From assembly GCA_040392045.1 (NCBI GenBank), contig JBEBWR010000001.1, positions 1-50,366 of the forward strand: a DNA stretch of 50,366 nt, in the 5' to 3' direction. Positions 1 through 8,406 of the stretch are shown piece after piece. The DNA comes from Chthoniobacter flavus (lineage in GTDB: Bacteria; Verrucomicrobiota; Verrucomicrobiia; Chthoniobacterales; Chthoniobacteraceae). A model generated the notes under the pieces. It was given only the letters and a program-made list of their open reading frames with translations. It did no database searches and was not told the origin of the DNA. Made by a program: the position numbers and the translations under genes. Position 1 is the stretch's first letter. Every line of letters begins with the position of its first letter.

Positions 1-187
1 AGTCGGCGTAGAAGGAGCTATCGGGGCGGATAATGACCCGCTGGCGGAGATCCTCGCGGATACCGAGGAGCCGGAAGGTGACGTAGCGCGGGGCCTTGCT
101 GTAGGCGATGGACTCGACCTCGAAGTGCCCGGGGTTGATCCAGCGGACGCGGCCATTGCCGCAGGGGAAATCAGTAGTGACGATCAT
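1..187 (-). CDS. hypothetical protein, N-terminal 62 codons only (continues past window start)
   Basis: ATG at 187 on the minus strand, open to position 1. Translation is MIVTTDFPCGNGRVRWINPGHFEVESIAYSKAPRYVTFRLLGIREDLRQRVIIRPDSSFYAD. Third codon positions are strongly G/C-biased, like the neighbours. It starts 13 nt downstream of the stop of the 201-2681 gene on the same strand. Confidence 0.55.
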   Translation of the reverse strand, partial: MIVTTDFPCGNGRVRWINPGHFEVESIAYSKAPRYVTFRLLGIREDLRQRVIIRPDSSFYAD

Positions 188-200
188 GGAAGAGGATGAC

Positions 201-2681
201 TCAAGGTTGGGCTTGCTTGCCGTACTGCTCCAGGATGATGGGCAGGTAGGTGGCTCGGTGGGCGATGCTGGCGGACTCCCGATAGCTGGGGCTGCCCGCC
301 GGGGGGAGCTGCTCCAAGATGATGTGCTGGAGGGTTTCGTAATCGGCGGTGGCCGGAGAGAAATTGTGCGGTGGGATGAAACCCGCGAAGCCCTGCCGGA
401 TCTGGGCTTCGTCCGGCAGATCAGTGACGCCATTCAGGCGCAGATACGCATGGAGATAGGCCACACCTTCGGAGGTGACGTATTTTACCTGACCGAGCGA
501 ATGTGCACGGGCGCTTTCTTCCATAGCCTTCAGATAGGCGGGGTCGTCCGTGGCCTGATGAAAGAGCTCAAGCGTCCACATCCCGTCGGTGATCCGTCGG
601 AAGTTCCCGCTGTAGATGGCGTTGATCCCGGAGAGCGCGGGGTTCTTGTTCCGCTCGGTGAAGTACGCCGCCGAGGCTTCCAGCAGCCGGTGCGCTTCGG
701 TGAGCGCCTTGGGGTCGAGGGTTTCCCGGTAGTGCATGATCCAGGCTTGCGCGGGGAACACGGAGTGATTGGGAGCGTGGCGGGAGGCAAAGCCGCGCAG
801 GCCGACAAGGGCATCGCGCAGGCGCCCGTCACCGGTGAGCCACTGCGTGAGGTAGATTCCGGCGTTGGGCGAGTACTGCCCCTGTACGTCGCCGCTCCAG
901 TGATCGCGGTTCCGGCGATGGAACCCGCCCTGCTTGCCCTGATCTTCGGAGAAGAGGGAGCCGTGGAAAGCATCCACGTCGGCGATGTGCTCGGCGTTAT
1001 CCACGCCGGCGAGGATCAGCGCGCGGTCATTGAGGAGGATGCCCGTCTGGATGAACCCGGTGGAGATGGTCCCGCTGGCATTGCGCCAGCCGTAGCGTCC
1101 GTTTAGCGCCCAGTGACCGGCGTGGAGGCCGCGTTTAGGGGCGTCCCCCTTGGCGAAGTTCGTGCGGATATCCCCGAAATTCGCCCAACCTGTCCAGCGC
1201 CAATGATCGCGCGAGGAGCGGAGGAAGTGGAGATTCGCCTGCATCCCGCTCATCATCTCGGGATTCGCCCTGATGGCGGCGAGGCGGAAGGGGCCAAGCG
1301 CACGGGAGTGGCAAAGCTCCACCGCATTGGCAAACCAGAGGGTATCCCGGGCGGCTTCATGGCGGGCCAGCGCATACGCTTCCCCTGCGTCGTTGCTCAG
1401 GGCGAGGCTGGCGTAGAGCGTGCGCGAGACACCGCGTCCGTTCCATTTGAAATCGACGCCGCTCGTTCCATAATCGTTGCGCGATGTGCTTCGGCGCAGG
1501 TCGAGCGCGCGCCCGGAGCGGTCGCTCCAGCTCGCGATCTCCACGCGGTTGCCCTCGGCGAACAGATGATTCGGCCCCAAGCGGGAGAAGTTGTAAATCC
1601 CTACGGCGAGATTCGGGCCGTCCGGGGAAAGCGCCACAAGGCCGTCGCGCTCTGCGGAAGGTGCGTCGGAAGCCTTGCCGTTGACCGCGCCGGTGCCCCG
1701 GTGGTCATTTTCCACGAGCAGTTGCGGCGATGCTTCGCTTCCGGGCAGCGCAAAGCTGCTCCATGCCTTTTCGCCCTGCACGCTCCACTTCGCGGAAGCA
1801 AGCGCATACTGAGTGACATCCCACTGCGCGATCCAAGTCATCTCCGTGCGGATCAGCGAAAGCTCATGGTAGAGCTTTACGCGCAACTGCCACTCCAGCC
1901 CGTTCCCCGGTGTGGCCATGCCTCCGTCGCCCTGAAAGCAGACGACGCTATAGACCCGGTTCTCCTCCTCTATCTTCTGCTCGCGAACGCGCAGCTTGAG
2001 CGGGATGGGCTTTGGCGCGTCGGCAAGCGACTCCAGCGGCATCGACCATGCGTACTGTCCTTCGCGGTCGAGCCAGTCCGGATCGGTTGGCGGCTCGGAT
2101 TTCTCCTTGCTGATCTTCATTAGCGAAGCTTCGGAGACGAGCGTAAAGCTTTTCCCCGAGGCGGCATCGGTCCAGCGGATCGTGCCGTCCGGTAAAGCGG
2201 TGATGCGGGATTTGGGCGATGCCGTGGGGGCTGTCGCTTTGTCGCTTACGTGGAGCGGCAGGGATGCTCCCGCCTTTACGCCGCCCCGGACCGTTCCCTC
2301 CACGCGGAGCCATTGCACACTTCCGTCCGGCCAATAGCTGGCGGCAGAGCCGACTGCGGAGACTTTTCCGGATTGATCCTCCAACGACACCATTGGCGTT
2401 GGGAGCCGGAGATCGCCGCGTTTCAGCGGAATGCCCTGATAGAACGCCAAGGGGTACTCCATCGTAGTTGCCGGATGGAGGGCAAGCATTTCACCCGGGA
2501 CTTCATCGATGGGCTGGCTTTCGTGGGAAGCGTTATCACCGGAGACGCTTTCGGTGGGAACGCTCTTGCCGGAAGCACGTTCGTCGGGAGCGCTTTCGCT
2601 GGAAGTGTGTTCGCTGGGGACGCGCTGGACATTGCATCCAGCCATAAGAAGGAGAGGGATCAGGTAAAGAGATCGAATCAT
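201..2681 (-). CDS. secreted lipoprotein of unknown function, with a large enzyme-like C-terminal domain (possibly polysaccharide-active)
   Basis: Track ORF 201-2753. The internal ATG at 2681 gives a lipoprotein signal, MIRSLYLIPLLLMAGC. A Ser/Glu/Pro-rich linker is followed by a domain of about 780 aa. It is co-directional and tightly spaced with the upstream CapA-like gene. I do not recognise the family with certainty. Confidence 0.6.
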   Translation of the reverse strand: MIRSLYLIPLLLMAGCNVQRVPSEHTSSESAPDERASGKSVPTESVSGDNASHESQPIDEVPGEMLALHPATTMEYPLAFYQGIPLKRGDLRLPTPMVSLEDQSGKVSAVGSAASYWPDGSVQWLRVEGTVRGGVKAGASLPLHVSDKATAPTASPKSRITALPDGTIRWTDAASGKSFTLVSEASLMKISKEKSEPPTDPDWLDREGQYAWSMPLESLADAPKPIPLKLRVREQKIEEENRVYSVVCFQGDGGMATPGNGLEWQLRVKLYHELSLIRTEMTWIAQWDVTQYALASAKWSVQGEKAWSSFALPGSEASPQLLVENDHRGTGAVNGKASDAPSAERDGLVALSPDGPNLAVGIYNFSRLGPNHLFAEGNRVEIASWSDRSGRALDLRRSTSRNDYGTSGVDFKWNGRGVSRTLYASLALSNDAGEAYALARHEAARDTLWFANAVELCHSRALGPFRLAAIRANPEMMSGMQANLHFLRSSRDHWRWTGWANFGDIRTNFAKGDAPKRGLHAGHWALNGRYGWRNASGTISTGFIQTGILLNDRALILAGVDNAEHIADVDAFHGSLFSEDQGKQGGFHRRNRDHWSGDVQGQYSPNAGIYLTQWLTGDGRLRDALVGLRGFASRHAPNHSVFPAQAWIMHYRETLDPKALTEAHRLLEASAAYFTERNKNPALSGINAIYSGNFRRITDGMWTLELFHQATDDPAYLKAMEESARAHSLGQVKYVTSEGVAYLHAYLRLNGVTDLPDEAQIRQGFAGFIPPHNFSPATADYETLQHIILEQLPPAGSPSYRESASIAHRATYLPIILEQYGKQAQP

Positions 2682-2700
2682 AGAGGGAAGGGGCAGCGGG

Positions 2701-3927
2701 TTATTGCTTCCACCGGCGCACCCGTTCGCGCGCCCATTCCGGAGCGTCGCCAAAAGTGCCCAGTTTCATGCGTTCAAAGGCGGTCAGAAAATAGTGCCAA
2801 TGCGCGGGGGCGAAGAAATAGTGATGCCAACGGGATATCCCTGCGGCGGGATCTTGCCGGTAGACTTCCAGCGCGCCTTGAAGCTGCGCGAAGTACGCCG
2901 CCGCTCCTTCGGCCCGCTCTCCGGTCGGGGAAATCCAGAGCGCGTCGTCGATAAAGGCATTCCAGAGCGATGCCACTTTTTCGGGCGATTGCAGGTCGTC
3001 GGAGAGCTGCCGCAGATCGTAGAGGAATGCCTCGCGCTCTGTCCCCTGCATGGCAAAGACTCCGTGCTCTGTGGCGCGATAAGGCGTAAGGCTCACTTCC
3101 TTCACCGTGCCATCGGCGATGGTCAGATGTGCCAGATAGCCGCTGCTGCGGTAAGTGGGAGGGTCCGGACGACGGAAGACGAAGTTTCCCAGGCTGTAGG
3201 CAATCGGTACGCCCCGATAAATCTCTACAGCTTGAGGGACGTGCGGATGGTGGGCGAGCACGGCGTCCGCTCCGGCATCGGCGATCCGCCGCAATCCCTC
3301 CACGACATAAGGCGGGGGCATGGCGGCGATCTCCCGGCCCCCGTGGAAAATGGCGATCACGAGATGGCCCGCCGCTTTCAGTGCGCGGACCTGCGCCTCC
3401 TGAGTTTCCGGCGTATAGACATTCACTCCGGGACCGCCTTGCAGCGATGCGCAGGCTTCGCCTTCTCCAAAATTGACAATGGCCAGGCTGCCTCCCGCTG
3501 CTTCGCACGGGATGATGAGCGGCTGCGCCGCCGCCGCGCCGTTCATTCCTGCGCCGACCGTCGCGATCCCGGCTTTGCAAAGCACCTCCAGCGTGTACTC
3601 CAGGCTCTCGGGGCCGAAGTCCATCGCGTGATTGTTCGCCAGCGTCGCTACATGGGCCGGCATCGCCTTTAGTGCGGGAATCGCGATTGACTCCGCTCCC
3701 TTGATGCACGGCCCAGGCTTGGAAAGCGGCGCTCCTTTCTCGCCGATCACGCACTCAACATTGACGATATTGAGGTCGCTTGCCTGAAAGAGTGGCAGCA
3801 GATCGCCATAGACCACCGCCGGGTCGCGCCGCATCAACTCTTCGTACGTCCAGACAGGAGCCCAGTCGCCCGTCACGGTGACACGGAAACCGCTGTCGGA
3901 GAAGGCAGGTGAATGGAACCAGTTCAT
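2701..3927 (-). CDS. CapA/PGA_cap-family metallophosphoesterase-like protein
   Basis: 408 aa. Motifs typical of the CapA family are present: LANNHAMDFG, IAIFHGGRE, LAHHPHVPQ, SLGNFVF. There is no signal peptide or TM segment at the N-terminus. Confidence 0.75.
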   Translation of the reverse strand: MNWFHSPAFSDSGFRVTVTGDWAPVWTYEELMRRDPAVVYGDLLPLFQASDLNIVNVECVIGEKGAPLSKPGPCIKGAESIAIPALKAMPAHVATLANNHAMDFGPESLEYTLEVLCKAGIATVGAGMNGAAAAQPLIIPCEAAGGSLAIVNFGEGEACASLQGGPGVNVYTPETQEAQVRALKAAGHLVIAIFHGGREIAAMPPPYVVEGLRRIADAGADAVLAHHPHVPQAVEIYRGVPIAYSLGNFVFRRPDPPTYRSSGYLAHLTIADGTVKEVSLTPYRATEHGVFAMQGTEREAFLYDLRQLSDDLQSPEKVASLWNAFIDDALWISPTGERAEGAAAYFAQLQGALEVYRQDPAAGISRWHHYFFAPAHWHYFLTAFERMKLGTFGDAPEWARERVRRWKQ

Positions 3928-3942
3928 AAAAGAAAACCGACG

Positions 3943-4728
3943 TTATTTTTTCGTGCCCCAGAAAGGACGGGTTCTCGGACTGCTTGCCGCTTGTGATGCC
4001 GAAGGATTGGTGGGACCGACAAGCTCTGCTTCAGCCCGCGCCCGGCTGATGACTTCGCCGTGGCCATCAAGAAAAATGACATTGATGTGGTCATCGTGAA
4101 TAAAGGGCGTTCTCCATCCCGAGTCGCTGTCGTCGCCCTTCGCCGCCGCCAGCCGGTCGGGAGCCTGAAAGGCGCTGTAGCGGTAGCCTTTGGCTCCCAG
4201 CGCCTCGTCGTTGAGCGCGGTGCCGTCCATGAAGAAGGCCTGCTGGGAGGGCTGCTCCATGCCTGAGGTCCGGACGGGAACGCCGCGGTTGAATACCTGC
4301 GTGGTCCAGTTGTCGTCGCCGTGGTCGCCTCCCGTCGCATATTGATTGATCGAGTAAGTGCGGTGCCACTCCGCTTTGTTGGCGGCGAAGCGGCTCTTCT
4401 GGATGGCGGGGCAGGTCAGCACGCTATCCACCTTCTGATTGGGCGTGGAGAGTCCCAAGTACGGCAGGATGCTCTGCGGCGGGTCCGTGGTGTAGGTCCA
4501 GCGCGCGCGATCAGGCAGCCTCCCGCTGTTGTCCGCTGCGAACATGAAGCCTGCGTTGGCGATCTGCCGGAGGTTGTTCTGGCACTTCGCCGCATCCGAA
4601 CGTCCCCGGAGCCTGCCTGCTGCGGGAAAGAGCAGCGCGGCAAGCGCGGCGATCAGCCCGATGGCGATCAGGACCTCAGGCAGGGTGAAGCCGCGCGATC
4701 GCTCTGCATGGAAGCTCCGGGGGGGCAT
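3943..4728 (-). CDS. prepilin-type N-terminal cleavage/methylation domain protein, H-X9-DG (DUF1559-like) pseudopilin-like family
   Basis: The N-terminus is MPPRSFHAERSRG|FTLPEVLIAIGLIAALAALLFP (G-F-x-x-x-E plus a hydrophobic helix). The C-terminus has HDDHINVIFLDGH, which is H-X9-DG. Confidence 0.85.
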   Translation of the reverse strand: MPPRSFHAERSRGFTLPEVLIAIGLIAALAALLFPAAGRLRGRSDAAKCQNNLRQIANAGFMFAADNSGRLPDRARWTYTTDPPQSILPYLGLSTPNQKVDSVLTCPAIQKSRFAANKAEWHRTYSINQYATGGDHGDDNWTTQVFNRGVPVRTSGMEQPSQQAFFMDGTALNDEALGAKGYRYSAFQAPDRLAAAKGDDSDSGWRTPFIHDDHINVIFLDGHGEVISRARAEAELVGPTNPSASQAASSPRTRPFWGTKK

Positions 4729-4732
4729 GGCG

Positions 4733-5635
4733 CTAGGATTTCCGGCCGAGCCGGTTCTTGAACAGCGGGATCATCAGTAATCCGCCGATTCCCAGAAGGG
4801 CAACGCTCGGCTCGGGGATAGCGATCACACCCGCGGCAAGGTTATCGATCTGGGCGTCGCTCCGGAAGTTCGTGTAGCGCCAGTACTGGAAATGGTCACG
4901 AACGTTCCGCTCGTCGGTCAGCCAGCTCATCTCAAACGAGGTTACTGTCCCTCCATTGAACGTCACGAGGGTGAAGTCCGTCTGTCCGTCGGTAAGATTC
5001 CGAACGTAAAGCGAAGCAAGGGACTTGGAAATGTCTGTTTCGTTGATGGTAATCACCAACGAGACTTCCCACCATTTGCTGTGCGTGGCAGACATATCGG
5101 AGCTGATCCATGTACCTGCCACTCCTTCGGTTGGATCATAAAAGGCAAATGCGGCTCCGGCTACATCCATCACGCCGAATCCTGCCATCTTGGAGGTCGT
5201 GCCTCCGCCCGCGTTGGTATTGTCAATGAGGATGCGCGCACCGCTCGTACTGCTATTGGTGCGGTAAATCTGCGCGGAGAAATAGAGCACGTTGTCCGAC
5301 GCGGTGAAGGGATTCACCTGCTGGGAACTAAAGCCGGATTCCCGACCGCTAATGACCTGAAGAGCGATGTCACTGGCATTTCCTTGAGATACAAGCGGCG
5401 CCCGCCCGGCGACATTGGCGCTTCCTGTCCACGCAGCCCAATGTTCCGTGCCAACCGTCGGCGATGCCCCGATGGCGAGATTTTCAAAATCGATCACCGA
5501 GCGCTGTTCGTAGCTCTCCGCAATGGTCGAGGCGTGGGATATCGATACCGCAGCGGTCGCGAAAAGCGCGGAGAGAACCAACTGCTTGAGGGTGGGGGTA
5601 TTTGCTTTTCTCATAAGATGGATTCTTCTGATCAT
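4733..5635 (-). CDS. PEP-CTERM-anchored secreted protein (lectin/LamG-like domain inferred)
   Basis: The C-terminus is IAIPEPSVALLGIGGLLMIPLFKNRLGRKS (PEP motif, TM helix, basic tail). Signal peptide is ...KQLVLSALFATAAVSISHA. The ATG at 5635 overlaps the LacI stop as ATGA; an alternative start is ATG 5614 (MRKANTP). Confidence 0.8.
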   Translation of the reverse strand: MIRRIHLMRKANTPTLKQLVLSALFATAAVSISHASTIAESYEQRSVIDFENLAIGASPTVGTEHWAAWTGSANVAGRAPLVSQGNASDIALQVISGRESGFSSQQVNPFTASDNVLYFSAQIYRTNSSTSGARILIDNTNAGGGTTSKMAGFGVMDVAGAAFAFYDPTEGVAGTWISSDMSATHSKWWEVSLVITINETDISKSLASLYVRNLTDGQTDFTLVTFNGGTVTSFEMSWLTDERNVRDHFQYWRYTNFRSDAQIDNLAAGVIAIPEPSVALLGIGGLLMIPLFKNRLGRKS

Positions 5636-6756
5636 GGTGTGAGTGCGTTCGCGCCCGTCTTTGCCTTCCGGAGATAGCTGCCGCACGACTTGCGAACGAT
5701 CAGTTCGCCGGGGAGGACGTTGAGGATGTCGGGAGTGGGCGTGCCGCTGCGGATCGCCTCCAGAAGCACGCCCAGTCCGTGATCCACGATGGCTTTCACG
5801 GGGTGGGCTACAGTGGTCAGCGGCAGCGAACCGTAGCGGCTGACCGGGTCGTTCTCAAATCCCGTAATGGCCAGCTCCTCCGGCACGCGGACATCCGCGT
5901 CGGTGCAGGCGGCCAAAGCTCCCATGGCCCAGCTGTCATTCGAGCAGAGGACCACTTCGGGGAGAACGGGGCGCTGGAGAATGGCGCGCATCCCATGATA
6001 CCCCGGGGCGTAAGTGGTGCGCTCCGCAGTCTGCTCGGCGTCGGCCTTCGGGGGGATGATTTCGTGGTGGACGATCTCCATGTCGCCATGAATCTTCTCT
6101 TCACCGGAAAACTCCGAGATGGCGCGCTGGAACCCGGCGCGGGCGTTGGCGCTATGCCATGAGAGCTGGTTTTTGCGTACGGTGGAATCCCGGCTCAGCA
6201 TCAGGGTCAGCTTGCGGTAGCCCGCGTTGAGGAGGTGGGTGGTCAGAAGGTGAAAGCCCTTTTCCTTATCCGAGAGGTAGCGCGTGATGCCCGGAAGCCC
6301 GCAGCCGAGGCCGACGACGGGGATCTTCGCATCCAGCAGCATCCGGAGATGGCTGATGGTAAAGGCGGGAGGCGGATGCACCAGCGCGACGCCCTCGACC
6401 TGCATCTGGATCATGCGCGAGCAGACGGCCCGACCGTGATCGGCGAACCAGAGGGCGTTATCCACCACCGGCTGGTAGCCTTCCTTGAGGATGCGGCAGA
6501 CGGCCTGCTCCACTTTCACGTGGGGAAGCTGTTCATAGCCGCCGAAATTGATCACTCCGATCATCCCGGAGCGCCCCTTGGACATGATCTGGGCGAAACG
6601 GTTCGGGACGTAGCCGAGCTCTTCCGCCGCGCCCAGAATGCGCTCCCGCAGCTCGGGCGAAATACGGGAAGAGGGCGAGTTGCTCAACACCGAGGCCACT
6701 GCCGAACGGGAGATGCCGAGGTGTCGGGCGATTTCAGTCTGGGTAATGCGAGCCAT
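5632..6756 (-). CDS. LacI-family transcriptional regulator
   Basis: N-terminal HTH MARITQTEIARHLGISRSAVASVLSN, followed by a periplasmic-binding-protein-like sugar-binding domain. 374 aa. Confidence 0.9.
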   Translation of the reverse strand: MARITQTEIARHLGISRSAVASVLSNSPSSRISPELRERILGAAEELGYVPNRFAQIMSKGRSGMIGVINFGGYEQLPHVKVEQAVCRILKEGYQPVVDNALWFADHGRAVCSRMIQMQVEGVALVHPPPAFTISHLRMLLDAKIPVVGLGCGLPGITRYLSDKEKGFHLLTTHLLNAGYRKLTLMLSRDSTVRKNQLSWHSANARAGFQRAISEFSGEEKIHGDMEIVHHEIIPPKADAEQTAERTTYAPGYHGMRAILQRPVLPEVVLCSNDSWAMGALAACTDADVRVPEELAITGFENDPVSRYGSLPLTTVAHPVKAIVDHGLGVLLEAIRSGTPTPDILNVLPGELIVRKSCGSYLRKAKTGANALTP

Positions 6757-6781
6757 GGGGGAGAAAACCGGGGAGGAGAAG

Positions 6782-6817
6782 TGCTAACACGGGTCATCAT
6801 TGCTAACGCGTGTCATC
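6782..6817. promoter_or_regulatory. tandem 17-nt direct repeat in the divergent LacI / DUF4139 intergenic region (candidate operator)
   Basis: TGCTAACACGGGTCATC (6782-6798) and TGCTAACGCGTGTCATC (6801-6817) match at 15 of 17 positions with a 19-nt register. The second copy contains the perfect palindrome ACGCGT. Confidence 0.3.
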
Positions 6818-6915
6818 TTGTCAACGGGAAAAACTCGTCCGAAGATTCGACCTTTGCGGCGCATTGCGGTACGCTTCTAAGAAACGAAGGTTCCCCCGCG
6901 TTACTCCTTTATACG

Positions 6916-8403
6916 ATGAAAACTTCCTTTTCTCTTTCCGTGACGGTTGCCGGTGCTTTGCTCGGGCTGACGGGATCGCTCTTCGCGCAGCCAGCGCTGA
7001 CGATCTATAATCAGGACTTCGCCGTGGTGCGCGACGAACTCCCGCTGGAGCTGAAGGCGGGCGCGCAGACGGTGGTCTACGATAGCGCGACGGCGACGCT
7101 GGAGCCGGATTCGGTGATTCTGCGCGATCCGGGCGGGAAGGTCTCGCTGCAAATTCTGGAGCAGAGCTACCGGAATGACCCGGTGACGCAGGAGTACCTG
7201 CTTTCGTTCTTTGAGGGGCAGGAACTCGACTTTCTTAATACGAACGCGGACGGGACCTTCCGTGTAGTGAAAGGCAAGGTGATCCGCAGCGGCTTCCAGC
7301 AGCGCGTCCAGAGGCAGCGCACACCGTATGGGACGCAGATGGTGCAGACGGTCGACTCCCCTATCATCGAGGTGGAGGGTAAACTGCGTTTCGCGCTCCC
7401 GGGGCAGCCGCTCTTTCCGTCGCTCGGGAACGACGCGATCCTCCGTCCCCGGCTGGAGTGGAAGCTCAATGCCAGCGTCGCAGGGAAGGTGGGCGCCGAG
7501 GTGGCCTATCTTACGACCGGAATGAGCTGGGAGGCGGACTACAATGTGGTCGCGCCGGAAAAGGGCGATACGGTGGACATCATCGGCTGGGTGACGATGG
7601 AGAACCGCTCGGGGAAGGTCTTTACCGATGCCGCGGTAAAGCTGATGGCGGGAGATGTGAACAAGGTGCAGGAGGGAGCAGCGCCCTATGATGCCAGAAG
7701 GATGATGAGAGCGCCGGGCGCCGTTAGTGCTCCGGTGGTGACGGAAAAGGCCTTTGACGAGTACCACCTCTACACGCTGCAAAACCCCGTGACATTGCGG
7801 GATGGCGAAACGAAACAGGTGGAGTTCGTCCGCGCTACCGGGGTGAAGGCAAAGCGGCTCTATATCTACGACGGTGTGAAGGCGGACTGGAGCGTCTGGC
7901 GGAATCGCCTCGTGGGCGATGACCAGAATTTCGGCTCGGAGTACGACACAAAGGTGGCCGTGGTCCGGGAGTTTGAGAACACCAAGGAGAACGGGCTGGG
8001 CCTGCCGCTGCCGAAGGGGAAGCTGCGCTTTTATCTACAGGACGGTGACCGTCGGCTGGAGTTCACCGGCGAGAATGAGATCGACCACACGCCGCGCAAT
8101 GAAACCATCCGCGTGGTCACCGGCAACGCTTTTGATATCGTAGGCGAGCGACGCCGCGTGGACTGGCAGATCGACACGAGCCGCAAGACAGCGACGGAAA
8201 AGATCGAAGTGAAGGTACGGAACCGGAAGGACGAGCCCGTCGAGGTGACCGTAAAGGAACACGTCGCCCGCTGGATGAACTGGGAGATCACCGAAAAATC
8301 CGCGCCATTCGAGAAAAAGAACGCGCAGGAGGTGGAATTCAAGCTCCCGCTGAAACCGGATGAAGAGGGCGTGGTGACCTACACCGTCCGCTACACCTGG
8401 TAG
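6916..8403 (+). CDS. DUF4139/DUF4140-like secreted protein (MuiA-like family), paralog 1
   Basis: The track ORF 6235-8403 is N-terminally over-extended. The ATG at 6916 gives the signal peptide MKTSFSLSVTVAGALLGLTGSLFAQP. TIYNQDFAVVRDE...LEPDSVILRD matches my recollection of the DUF4140/DUF4139 N-terminus. Confidence 0.7.
   Translation: MKTSFSLSVTVAGALLGLTGSLFAQPALTIYNQDFAVVRDELPLELKAGAQTVVYDSATATLEPDSVILRDPGGKVSLQILEQSYRNDPVTQEYLLSFFEGQELDFLNTNADGTFRVVKGKVIRSGFQQRVQRQRTPYGTQMVQTVDSPIIEVEGKLRFALPGQPLFPSLGNDAILRPRLEWKLNASVAGKVGAEVAYLTTGMSWEADYNVVAPEKGDTVDIIGWVTMENRSGKVFTDAAVKLMAGDVNKVQEGAAPYDARRMMRAPGAVSAPVVTEKAFDEYHLYTLQNPVTLRDGETKQVEFVRATGVKAKRLYIYDGVKADWSVWRNRLVGDDQNFGSEYDTKVAVVREFENTKENGLGLPLPKGKLRFYLQDGDRRLEFTGENEIDHTPRNETIRVVTGNAFDIVGERRRVDWQIDTSRKTATEKIEVKVRNRKDEPVEVTVKEHVARWMNWEITEKSAPFEKKNAQEVEFKLPLKPDEEGVVTYTVRYTW
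8219..8396 (+). repeat. 178-nt tract identical to 9656-9833 (3' ends of the tandem DUF4139 paralogs)
   Basis: Base-by-base comparison at an offset of 1437 nt. The tracts are identical from 8219/9656 to 8396/9833, with mismatches at 8218/9655 and 8397/9834. Confidence 0.9.
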
Positions 8404-8406
8404 CCG

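Noticed and set aside
108-2123. Long plus-strand ORFs (108-1106 and 1113-2123). Similar long antisense ORFs occur elsewhere: 9856-11262, 13296-14759, 19192-20595, 24062-25027, 27319-28218, 32325-33149, 40387-41742, 44103-44948 and 46708-47850.
   Set aside because: These lie opposite much better-supported genes that have signal peptides, conserved motifs and operon spacing. Their translations are Arg/Gly/Ala/Pro-rich low-complexity strings, typical of shadow ORFs in high-GC DNA. None has recognisable motifs.
2500-2640. An imperfect short tandem periodicity in DNA (ttcgtgggaagcg / ttcggtgggaacgc / ttcgtcgggagcgc / ttcgctggaagtg / ttcgctggggacgc).
   Set aside because: It falls inside the 201-2681 CDS and encodes the Ser/Glu/Pro/Ala-rich linker right after the lipobox (...SEHTSSESAPDERASGKSVPTESVSGDNASHESQP). 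This is a low-complexity tether, not an independent repeat element.
6235-6915. N-terminal extensions of track ORFs: 6235-6915, 13065-13169, 14708-14833, 26767-26997, 31740-31916, 39319-39411, 41820-41936, 45024-45134 and 49057-49122.
   Set aside because: The extensions overlap upstream genes or divergent promoters, and they precede internal starts that yield canonical signal peptides, HTH motifs or Rossmann motifs. They were trimmed to the internal starts.
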